Positions 36,873-44,751 of a DNA stretch of 44,751 nt are shown here, in pieces. Source of the DNA: an uncultured bacterium (GTDB taxonomy: Bacteria > Actinomycetota > Acidimicrobiia > Spongiisociales > ZC4RG35); assembly GCA_965364515.1 (NCBI GenBank), contig CBDTXZ010000003.1, positions 1-44,751 of the forward strand, in the 5' to 3' direction. The position numbers and the translations under genes were made by a program. The notes under the pieces were generated by a model that saw nothing but the letters and a program-made list of their open reading frames with translations, was not told the DNA's origin and did no database searches. Numbering within the stretch: position 1 is the first letter of the stretch; each line of letters opens with the position of its first letter.

Positions 36873-38117
36873 ATGACGTCGAGAGGTGAAGCGCGGACCC
36901 TGATACGCAAGGGCCTCCGGGCCTGGTTCCGGACACCACCCAGGCGGCACGGTGAGGTCGAAAGCACCCGGGAAGTCAGCTTTCTCGAACTGTTCTACGA
37001 CCTGGTCTACGTCGTCTTGATCGCCCAGGTCTCCCACCACCTCGCCGAACACGTCAACTGGGAAGGAGTGCGGGACTTCGCCATCGTCTTCGGCCTCATC
37101 TGGCTGGCGTGGCTGAACGGCACGATGTGGCACGAACTCCACTCCCGAGAGGACGGCCGGAGCCGGAACTACATCTTCGTCCAGATGGCTCTCCTCGCAC
37201 TGCTGGCGGTGTTCGCCGGCGACGCGACCGGAGACGGCGGAACCGCGTTCGCCATCACCTATGCAGTCCTGTTCTCGTTGTACACGTGGCAGTGGTACAC
37301 GATCCGTCGGATCGACGATCCGATGTACCACCCGATGACGGCCCAATACCTCGCTGCCATGGGGATCACCGTCACGGCCATGATCGCCAGCGCGTTCGTC
37401 TCCGACGGTCCGAGGTTGGCGATCTGGGGAGCTCTGGTCATCCTGTGGGTCGTCGGCGGGTACACCCGCATGCGCCGAGACCCCTCCGGGACCTTCACCT
37501 ATGGCCTCACCGGGTCCCTGGTCGAGCGGTTCGGCCTCTTCACGATCATCGTGCTCGGCGAAGTCGTCGTCGGGGTGGTCGAAGGAATCGGCGAAGCCGA
37601 AGAGCTCACGGTGAGAACCGTGGCCACCGGAGTCATCGCCCTGACGATCGGCTTCGGCATCTGGTGGAACTACTTCGACAGCCTCGGCCGCCGCATCCCC
37701 GATCAGGGCGTCGGACGTCTGGCAGCCTGGTTCAACCTCCATTTCCCGTTGACCATGGGCATCGCAGCCGGGGGAGCTGCGATGGTGAGCCTGGTGGAGC
37801 ACGCCGCCGATCCGAGGACGCCGAGCGCAACGGCATGGTTGCTCACCGGCTCGGTGACGGTCGTCCTGGCGTCGATCGCTGCGGCCGCACAAGCGCTGCC
37901 GGACGATCGTTTCCCGCCCGGCTGGCTCCGGCAGTTGGTGCCGACCTTTGCAGTCGCGGGCGCAGCGATCCTCGTGATCGGGGCGGTCAGACCGACGCCG
38001 ATCGTCCTCGTCATCACGGTGTCGTTGCTCCTGGCGATGACGTGGTTCAGGATGTTCGCCCTGTTCCTCGTGCTCGGAGGCGTTCCAGGCGTGGCGCGAG
38101 ACGCAGCCGACACCTGA
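36873..38117 (+). CDS. Low temperature requirement protein A (LtrA) family membrane protein
   Basis: SFLELFYDLVYV, W.AW, ERFGLFTIIVLGE, WWNYF, H.P...GI; GAGGCGG RBS. Confidence 0.9.
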   Translation: MTSRGEARTLIRKGLRAWFRTPPRRHGEVESTREVSFLELFYDLVYVVLIAQVSHHLAEHVNWEGVRDFAIVFGLIWLAWLNGTMWHELHSREDGRSRNYIFVQMALLALLAVFAGDATGDGGTAFAITYAVLFSLYTWQWYTIRRIDDPMYHPMTAQYLAAMGITVTAMIASAFVSDGPRLAIWGALVILWVVGGYTRMRRDPSGTFTYGLTGSLVERFGLFTIIVLGEVVVGVVEGIGEAEELTVRTVATGVIALTIGFGIWWNYFDSLGRRIPDQGVGRLAAWFNLHFPLTMGIAAGGAAMVSLVEHAADPRTPSATAWLLTGSVTVVLASIAAAAQALPDDRFPPGWLRQLVPTFAVAGAAILVIGAVRPTPIVLVITVSLLLAMTWFRMFALFLVLGGVPGVARDAADT

Positions 38118-38162
38118 GCAACGGCCGCGCTGCGGCGAACCGCGTGTCGATCGGCGGTCAGA

Positions 38163-39446
38163 TCACCGCTGGTCGACGGGCACGTAGTCGCGTTGTGCGG
38201 GCCCGTTGTAGACCTGGCGTGGCCGGAAGATGCGGCCTGCCGGGTCGAGGCTCATCTCACGGAACTGGGCGAGCCATCCCGGGAGCCGTCCGAGAGCGAA
38301 CAGGACGGTGAACATGTCGGCGGGGAAGCCCATCGCTCGGTAGATGATGCCCGAATAGAAGTCGACATTCGGGTACAGCTTTCGAGACACGAAGTAGTCG
38401 TCTTCGAGTGCGACTTCTTCGAGCTGCTTCGCCACGTCGAGCATCGGGTCCGCGACGCCGAGTTGCTCGAGTACGTCGTCGGCGACCGACTTGATGATGC
38501 GGGCACGCGGGTCGAAGTTCTTGTACACCCTGTGCCCGAATCCCATGAGCCGGAAGGGGTCGTCCTTGTCCTTCGCCTTCCCGACGAACTTGGAGACGTC
38601 CCCACCGTCGGCGACGATCCGCTCGAGCATCTCGAGCACGGCCTGGTTCGCTCCACCGTGGAGCGGGCCCGAGAGCGCGTGGATGCCGGCGGACACGGAC
38701 GAGAAGACGTTCGCCTGACCGGATCCGACCAGTCTGACCGCCGACGATGAGCAGTTCTGGCCGTGATCGGCGTGGAGGATCAACAGCACGTTGAGTGCGC
38801 GAGCGATCACCGGATTGGGCTCGTAGTCCTCGGCAGGCACGGAGAACATCATGTTGAGGAAATTCGAGCAGTAGTCGAGGTCGTTGCTGGGATACACATA
38901 CGGCTGGTGAGCCCGGTACTTGTACGACCATGCGATCATCGTCGGGAGCTTCGCGATCAGCCGACGGGTCGAGATGTCGAGGGCCTCGACGTCCTTTGGG
39001 GCGAGCGCGTCCGGGTAGTAGGTAGCCATGGCGGACGTCGCCGATGCCAGGATCTGCATGGGGTGCGCTTCGTGGGGGAACGCCTCGAAGAGATACTTCA
39101 TGTCCTCGCGCAGCAGGCTGTGCCTCGTGATCTGGCCGGTGAACGTCTCCAGCTCGGCCTTGTCGGGGAGCTCGCCGTAGTTGAGGAGGTAGGCGACTTC
39201 GAGGAAATCGCCCTTCTCGGCGAGCTGCTCGATGGGGTAGCCGCGGTACCTCAGGATGCCGGCCTCGCCATCGATGAAGGTGACGTTGCTGGCGCTCTCC
39301 GCGGTGTTGCCGAATCCTCGGTCGACGGTGACCATGCCGAGTGTCGACCGGACCGCCGAGATGTCGAAGCCGCTGTCACCGCTGGTTGCCTCAACCACTG
39401 GGGCGACGACTTCGTCGTCACCCGATCGAATCACCACTTCAGACAT
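38163..39446 (-). CDS. gltA: Citrate synthase
   Basis: FIDGEAGILRYRGYPIEQL, HPM, LHADHGQNCS, GPLHGGAN, LMGFGHRVYK, YPNVDFYSG, RPRQ. Confidence 0.97.
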   Translation of the reverse strand: MSEVVIRSGDDEVVAPVVEATSGDSGFDISAVRSTLGMVTVDRGFGNTAESASNVTFIDGEAGILRYRGYPIEQLAEKGDFLEVAYLLNYGELPDKAELETFTGQITRHSLLREDMKYLFEAFPHEAHPMQILASATSAMATYYPDALAPKDVEALDISTRRLIAKLPTMIAWSYKYRAHQPYVYPSNDLDYCSNFLNMMFSVPAEDYEPNPVIARALNVLLILHADHGQNCSSSAVRLVGSGQANVFSSVSAGIHALSGPLHGGANQAVLEMLERIVADGGDVSKFVGKAKDKDDPFRLMGFGHRVYKNFDPRARIIKSVADDVLEQLGVADPMLDVAKQLEEVALEDDYFVSRKLYPNVDFYSGIIYRAMGFPADMFTVLFALGRLPGWLAQFREMSLDPAGRIFRPRQVYNGPAQRDYVPVDQR

Positions 39447-39563
39447 AGCGCTGACACTTCCTCTCGAGAGTTGTCGGGTCATCCTATCGAATCGACCCTT
39501 CGGAGACTCAGGCCGGAAAGACGTTCGAGTCGGGACGTTCGCCCGTGTTAGCTTTGTTCATCC

Positions 39564-40148
39564 ATGATCGATCAGCGGTTGCGACCGCACCTCCACGGCA
39601 TCCTGGAGCCCATCGGCCGAACCCTGGTCAAGGTGGGCTTCACACCGACGGTCATGACCGTCCTCGGATTGCTGGTTGCGATCGTCGGCTCGGTCGTGAT
39701 CGGGTTCGACCAATTGTTCTGGGGCGGCTTGATCGCGTTGGGCGGTTCTGCCATCGATGGCCTGGACGGATCGGTGGCCCGGGCCTCCAATCGGGTGACG
39801 ATTCGAGGCGCCTATCTCGACAGTGTCTTCGATCGGGTCGGAGAGATCGCCATCCTCACCGGTCTGGCCGTCTCCCAGCGAAACGATGCCCGAATCCTCC
39901 TGCTGTGCCTGTTGTGCCTCGGAGGGGCGCTCTTGATCCCGTACATCCGAGCCAAAGCCGAGAATCTCGGCGTGGACGGCAGGGGCGGCATCCTGGGAAG
40001 GGCGGAACGGGTGATCCTCGCCACGGTCGGAGCGATGACCGGGCTCGTCGAGCCCATGCTCTGGGTGTTTCTGGTCGTCGCCTGGTTCACCGTCGGTCAA
40101 CGCTTCATGAGCACGTATCGAGACATCCCCTCTGGTGCGGGTGACTGA
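39564..40148 (+). CDS. pgsA: CDP-alcohol phosphatidyltransferase (phosphatidylinositol phosphate synthase)
   Basis: DGLDGSVAR...GAYLDSVFDR, YIRAKAE, RAER; first gene of the pgsA-patA-pimA operon. Confidence 0.9.
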   Translation: MIDQRLRPHLHGILEPIGRTLVKVGFTPTVMTVLGLLVAIVGSVVIGFDQLFWGGLIALGGSAIDGLDGSVARASNRVTIRGAYLDSVFDRVGEIAILTGLAVSQRNDARILLLCLLCLGGALLIPYIRAKAENLGVDGRGGILGRAERVILATVGAMTGLVEPMLWVFLVVAWFTVGQRFMSTYRDIPSGAGD

Positions 40149-41040
40149 GCTCAAGCACAGGATCTCCTTCCTCGCTCTGGCGGCAGGTGCCGGTCTCGTG
40201 GCGGCGCTCCCCATCGGGGTGGCGGTAGCGATCGGTGAGTTCGGCGGGCTGGTCTTCGGTCGGATCGCCCGATCGAAGCGAGCCATGGCTCGTCGCCATG
40301 CCACCCGGATCGGGGTTCAGACGACTTCGATGAACGGTCACCTCGACTCGACGTTCAAGGCGTACGGGAGATACTGGGCAGAAGCACTGTGGATGCGACC
40401 CCGCCATCGCGCGGTCATCGACGCAGGGATCACTCACGAGGGGGTCGAACACGTCGAAAAGCCCCGCGACGCGGGCACCGGAATGATCTACGTGCTTCCC
40501 CATCTCGGAAACTGGGAGTTCGCCGGGGCACTCGCCGAGATGCTCGGGATCAGGGTGGTGGCGGTTGCCGAGAACCTCGCCAATCGTCACATCCGGGACT
40601 GGTTCATAGGCCTCCGGAATCGCCTCGGGATCGATGTCGTCCTGGCCACCGGCTCACGCCAGGTGATGCGTGATCTGGAGGCTGCGATCGCCGACAACGC
40701 CGCAGTCGCGCTGCTGTCGGATCGAGACATCCGCGGCAGGGGCGTGGAGGTCGAGTTCTTCGGAGAGAAGACGACGTTGCCCGCCGGGGCGGCGACACTC
40801 GCGCTGCGTACCGGCGCTCCGGTACTGCCGGTTGCGTCGTACTTCCGTCCCGACGGTGGACACCACGTCGTGATTCAACCGCCGGTGTCAGTCGATCTGG
40901 ACCCTCCGGACAGGTCGGCGGAGGTCGCACGTGTGACGGGTGAGATCGCCGGCCGCCTCGAGAAGCTCGTGTTGCGGTCTCCCGAGCAATGGCACCTCCT
41001 CCAGCCGAACTGGCCGTCCGACCTCGAGGACCGAGGGTGA
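40141..41040 (+). CDS. patA: Phosphatidylinositol mannoside acyltransferase
   Basis: YGRYWAE, LPHLGNWE, VAE, LLSDRD..GVEVEFFGE, PEQWHLLQP.W. Confidence 0.9.
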   Translation: MTELKHRISFLALAAGAGLVAALPIGVAVAIGEFGGLVFGRIARSKRAMARRHATRIGVQTTSMNGHLDSTFKAYGRYWAEALWMRPRHRAVIDAGITHEGVEHVEKPRDAGTGMIYVLPHLGNWEFAGALAEMLGIRVVAVAENLANRHIRDWFIGLRNRLGIDVVLATGSRQVMRDLEAAIADNAAVALLSDRDIRGRGVEVEFFGEKTTLPAGAATLALRTGAPVLPVASYFRPDGGHHVVIQPPVSVDLDPPDRSAEVARVTGEIAGRLEKLVLRSPEQWHLLQPNWPSDLEDRG

Positions 41041-42071
41041 AGGTCGCACTCGTCTGTCCGTACGACCTCGGGTCGTACGGCGGCGTCCAGTCGGTGACGC
41101 TGGACCTCGTGGCCAGGCTCCGGTCGAGCGGCGATGAGGCGTTCGTGGTTGGTCCCGGGGCTGACGCGGCGTTCGGGATCGACATCGGCCGCAGCGTCAA
41201 CCTCCCCGGAAACGGATCGAACGCTCCCATCGCCCTCGGGCCGCGAGTCCGTTCCCGAGTCCGCGACGCCCTGGCTGATGTCGACGTGGTCCACGTCCAC
41301 GAGCCGATGATGCCGAGAACCTCCACCGCCGCGCTCGGAGTGGCAAAGCCCGTCGTGGCGACGTTCCATGCCGCCGTCGCCCCATGGACGACCTCGTTGT
41401 ATCGCCGTCTCGAGCGCGTCGGCCGGCGCCTGTTGGGAAATGCGACTCTCACCGCCGTGAGCCCGATGGCGATGGCAGGACTCCCGGACTCGTGGGCACC
41501 GGTCACGATCATCCCGAACGGGATCGATGTCGGATCCTTTCAGCTGCACCGGCCGAGGGTCCGGGGCCGCATCGTGGTGGTCGGGCGCGACGAACCAAGG
41601 AAAGGTCTCGACGTGGCGTTGCGGGCGTTCGATGCGGTCCGTCGGACTCGGCCCGACACCGAGCTTCATGTGATCGGAGCGGATCGCCGGCCGATCGACG
41701 GGGTGGTGTTCCACGGCCGGATCGGAGACGGTGAGAAACGTGAGTTGCTTGCGTCGGCAGAGGTGTATGTGGCTCCCCATCTCGGCGGGGAGAGCTTCGG
41801 GATCGTGATCGCAGAGGCGATGGCGGCCGGGTGCGCCGTCGTCGCGTCCGACCTCTCCGCCTTCCGGTCCGTCGGCGGTGAGGCCGTCGAGTACGTGGCA
41901 GTGTCCGATGTTTCTGCGATGGCGAGTGCGATCACGGAGATCCTCGCCGATGAGGCGCGGCGAGCGCTGATGGCGCAATCGGCTGCCGACCGGGTCCGGG
42001 CGTTCGACTGGTCGGTCGTAGTCGGGCGGTATCGCGACCTCTACGAGCGGGTCGCGAATATCGGCATGTGA
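41037..42071 (+). CDS. pimA: Phosphatidyl-myo-inositol alpha-mannosyltransferase (GT4)
   Basis: VCPY..GGVQ, NGS.A, HVHEP, ATFH, IPNG, EPRKG, GGESFGIV..EAMA; GTGA overlap. Confidence 0.88.
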   Translation: MKVALVCPYDLGSYGGVQSVTLDLVARLRSSGDEAFVVGPGADAAFGIDIGRSVNLPGNGSNAPIALGPRVRSRVRDALADVDVVHVHEPMMPRTSTAALGVAKPVVATFHAAVAPWTTSLYRRLERVGRRLLGNATLTAVSPMAMAGLPDSWAPVTIIPNGIDVGSFQLHRPRVRGRIVVVGRDEPRKGLDVALRAFDAVRRTRPDTELHVIGADRRPIDGVVFHGRIGDGEKRELLASAEVYVAPHLGGESFGIVIAEAMAAGCAVVASDLSAFRSVGGEAVEYVAVSDVSAMASAITEILADEARRALMAQSAADRVRAFDWSVVVGRYRDLYERVANIGM

Positions 42072-42113
42072 GTCACACCGGTAGCATTCGAGGTACCGGA
42101 AGGAGTCTGAGAA

Positions 42114-42995
42114 GTGGAACGTGGAACCGACCTCGTCAAGCGGGGACTGGCGGACATGCTCAAGGGAGGCGTCATCATGGACGTGGTCACTCCCGACGAA
42201 GCGAAGATCGCCGAAGAGGCCGGAGCTGTGGCCGTCATGGCGCTCGAACGCGTCCCGGCCGACATTCGCAAGGACGGCGGCGTGGCACGGATGTCGGACC
42301 CCGAGATGATCCAGGGGATCCAGGCGGCCGTATCCATCCCGGTGATGGCGAAGGCTCGAATCGGGCACTTCCTCGAAGCCCGAGTGCTCGAGGCGCTGTC
42401 AGTGGACTACATCGACGAGTCGGAGGTGCTCACTCCCGCCGACGAGGAATACCACATCGACAAGTGGGCATTCACGACGCCGTTCGTGTGCGGAGCGAGG
42501 AACCTCGGTGAGGCACTCCGCCGCATCGGAGAGGGTGCTGCCATGATCCGCACCAAGGGTGAGGCCGGCACCGGCAACATCGTGGAGGCGGTTCGCCACA
42601 TGCGAACCGTGACCGCCGGGATCCGCGAGCTGTCGACGATGACCAGCGAGCAGCTCATGACCGCTGCCCGCGACCTCGGCGCCCCGTATCAGCTCGTCAA
42701 GGAAGTGGCCGATACCGCCAAGCTCCCGGTGGTGAACTTCGCCGCCGGCGGGATCGCTACTCCTTCCGACGCCGCCCTGATGATGGCGCTCGGATGTGAC
42801 GGGGTCTTCGTGGGCTCGGGGATCTTCAAGAGTTCGAACCCGTCACTCTTCGCCCGGGCCATCGTGGATGCGACGACGAACTGGCAGAACCCCGACATCG
42901 TCGCCAAGGTCTCGGCGGGGCTGGGGAAGGCGATGCCGGGCCTCGAGATGGGCACGCTGAGCGAGGCGGAACAGCTCGCCCGTCGCGGCTGGTGA
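42114..42995 (+). CDS. pdxS: Pyridoxal 5'-phosphate synthase lyase subunit
   Basis: [52 protein letters not shown]. Confidence 0.98.
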   Translation: MERGTDLVKRGLADMLKGGVIMDVVTPDEAKIAEEAGAVAVMALERVPADIRKDGGVARMSDPEMIQGIQAAVSIPVMAKARIGHFLEARVLEALSVDYIDESEVLTPADEEYHIDKWAFTTPFVCGARNLGEALRRIGEGAAMIRTKGEAGTGNIVEAVRHMRTVTAGIRELSTMTSEQLMTAARDLGAPYQLVKEVADTAKLPVVNFAAGGIATPSDAALMMALGCDGVFVGSGIFKSSNPSLFARAIVDATTNWQNPDIVAKVSAGLGKAMPGLEMGTLSEAEQLARRGW

Positions 42996-43570
42996 CGATG
43001 TCGACCGTCGGGGTGCTCGCCCTTCAGGGCGACTTCCGTGAGCATCTGGTGGTCGTCGAGCGGCTCGGAGCGGTCGGGCACGAGATCCGTCTTCCGGAGG
43101 ATCTCGAGGGGATCGACGCTCTCATCATTCCCGGTGGCGAGTCGACCACGATCGGCAAGCTCGCCACCCGGTTCGGCCTCATGGAGCCGCTGCGTGGTCT
43201 GATCTCTGGCGGGCTACCGACCTACGGGACGTGCGCCGGTCTGATCTTCGCCTCGTCGACCCTGACAGAGGGCAGTCAGCCCTTGCTCGGCGTCCTGGAC
43301 GTCGTCGTGCAACGCAACGCATTCGGCAGACAGAACGAGTCGTTCGAGACCGAGCTCGAGATCGTCGGATTCGACACCCCGTTCCATGCGGTCTTCATCA
43401 GGGCGCCGTGGGTCGAGAAGGTGGGGAGCGACGTCGAGGTCCTCGCTAGCGTCGAGGGTCACCCGGTGATGGTGAAACAGGAGAACATCATCGGGACTTC
43501 GTTCCATCCAGAACTCACCGCCGACGACCGCATCCATCAGATGCTGGTCGAGATGATCACCGGGAGGTAG
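42992..43570 (+). CDS. pdxT: Pyridoxal 5'-phosphate synthase glutaminase subunit
   Basis: GVLALQG, PGGEST, GTCAG, RNAFGRQ, VFIRAP, FHPE. Confidence 0.98.
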   Translation: MTMSTVGVLALQGDFREHLVVVERLGAVGHEIRLPEDLEGIDALIIPGGESTTIGKLATRFGLMEPLRGLISGGLPTYGTCAGLIFASSTLTEGSQPLLGVLDVVVQRNAFGRQNESFETELEIVGFDTPFHAVFIRAPWVEKVGSDVEVLASVEGHPVMVKQENIIGTSFHPELTADDRIHQMLVEMITGR

Positions 43571-43573
43571 GCC

Positions 43574-44317
43574 GTGGCCGGACATTCCAAATGGGCCAAC
43601 ATCAAACACCGCAAAGGGCGCCAGGACGCCGCCCGCGGCAAGCTGTTCGCCAAGCTGGCCAAGGCCGTCGAGGCTGCCGCTCGACAGGGCGGCGGTGACC
43701 CTGCGATGAACATCGCGCTCGCCAACGCCATCGACAAGGCCAAGTCCAACTCGATGCCGAACGACAACATCGACCGCGCGATCAAGCGTGGGACCGGCGA
43801 GTCGGGCGACGGTGTCGAGTTCGAGGAGTTCTGGTACGAGGGTTACGGGCCCGGGGGAGTGGCGTTCTACGTGCATTGCCTCACCGACAACCGCAACCGC
43901 GCGTCATCGGACGTTCGCGTCGCATTCACCCGGCATGGCGGAAGCCTCGGCGAGCCCGGCTCGGTGGGCTACCTGTTCGAGCAGAAGGGGATGATCGTGG
44001 CCAATGGGGACGAGGACGAGGTGATGCTCACCGCATTGGACGCAGGCGCCGAGGACGTCCGAGAATCCGGGGAGTCCTACGAGATCATCACTGCGGCGAG
44101 CGACATGCCCGCCGTCCGCGCCGCGCTCAAGGACGCCGGTATCGAGGTCGAGTCCGCCGAAGTGACGCAGATCCCGTCGAACACCATTCCCGTCGACGCT
44201 TCCGGCGCCGAGAAGGTGCTCCGTCTCATCGATGCCCTCGAAGATCTCGACGACGTCCAGGATGTCTACGCCAACTTCGACGCCGACGACGAAGTGATGG
44301 AACAACTCGCCGGCTGA
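43574..44317 (+). CDS. yebC: YebC/PmpR-family protein
   Basis: GHSKWANIKHRK, YEGYGPGG, TDNRNR, LEDLDDVQDVYANF. Confidence 0.97.
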   Translation: MAGHSKWANIKHRKGRQDAARGKLFAKLAKAVEAAARQGGGDPAMNIALANAIDKAKSNSMPNDNIDRAIKRGTGESGDGVEFEEFWYEGYGPGGVAFYVHCLTDNRNRASSDVRVAFTRHGGSLGEPGSVGYLFEQKGMIVANGDEDEVMLTALDAGAEDVRESGESYEIITAASDMPAVRAALKDAGIEVESAEVTQIPSNTIPVDASGAEKVLRLIDALEDLDDVQDVYANFDADDEVMEQLAG

Positions 44318-44622
44318 CTGGGTCCCCCTCGGAGTTGGGGAAGGTCCGTGCGAGTCGCCCAAGACTCCGTTCGTGCAGAGCGGTTCGCAGGTAGGGGACT
44401 CTCCGACACGGCGGCGATTGGGGCAACTCGAAGCATCGCCTGCGCCCTAGATAGGAAACCCCTCGGGACGCTCCGACCTCAGACTCTCCTTGGAACAGAG
44501 ACGACGCTCGTCGTTCGTTGTTCTCGAGCTGCACATCCAGCCGCGTCGAACGCCTATCTGAGCGCTGTGGTTTCTGTGGATGAATCAATGCCCGGCGTGA
44601 GGCGAACGCGGGCTCCTTGCTG

Positions 44623-44751
44623 TCAGATGGGTGGGTCGGAGTTGGATCTTGCCGGTGGGAGGAAGCGTCTTCGCCTGGTTGGGCTGTTCGGGTCGATGCG
44701 AAAACCTCGTCCGTGGACCACGATGTGGTGGTGGTACCAGCAGAGTGACGC
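44623..44751 (-). CDS. C-terminus of an HNH endonuclease (DUF222-associated-like), partial, runs off the window
   Basis: Reverse strand reads ASLCWYHHHIVVHGRGFRIDPNSPTRRRRFLPPARSNSDPPI-stop; LCxxHH...H is the terminal HNH motif. Confidence 0.72.
   Translation of the reverse strand, partial: ASLCWYHHHIVVHGRGFRIDPNSPTRRRRFLPPARSNSDPPI

Noticed and set aside
1-44751. Many long Arg/Pro/Gly-rich alternative-frame ORFs (e.g. 9783-11219, 30364-31983, 40875-42368)
   Set aside because: Shadow ORFs typical of high-GC DNA; they overlap well-supported genes and lack motifs.
1-44751. CRISPR array, tRNA, rRNA, integrase or transposase
   Set aside because: No regularly spaced repeats, cloverleaf or recombinase/transposase motifs found by eye; the only tandem repeat is intragenic.

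Overview
High-GC actinobacterial chromosomal segment. Mycothiol synthase and the pgsA-patA-pimA-pdxS-pdxT-yebC block point to Actinomycetota; an Acidimicrobiia-like origin is an inference. The left end holds the 3' part of a heme/iron ABC transporter. About 1.7-31 kb is an accessory region of membrane, lipid and stress genes. It includes a translationally coupled five-gene operon (lysyl-PG-synthase-type flippase, S51 peptidase, GPH-family MFS, adenylate-forming ligase, YghO/bacterial-ceramide-synthase-like GNAT) beside a two-component system with candidate 7-4-7 operators. It also has a stand-alone Prim-Pol/CHC2/HIRAN fusion, a SnoaL/UBP-zinc-finger fusion, a GH13/GH3 chimeric pseudogene and a TerB-like/CbbX-type AAA+ ATPase. 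The right part is largely core: mshD, thrS, gltA, PIM genes, pdxST and yebC. It also carries an APH-fold pseudokinase with an unannotated 53-aa zinc-ribbon ORF, and the 3' end of an HNH protein entering from the window edge. No rRNA, tRNA, CRISPR array, integrase or transposase was recognised. All family calls come from motif recognition by eye, not from database searches.
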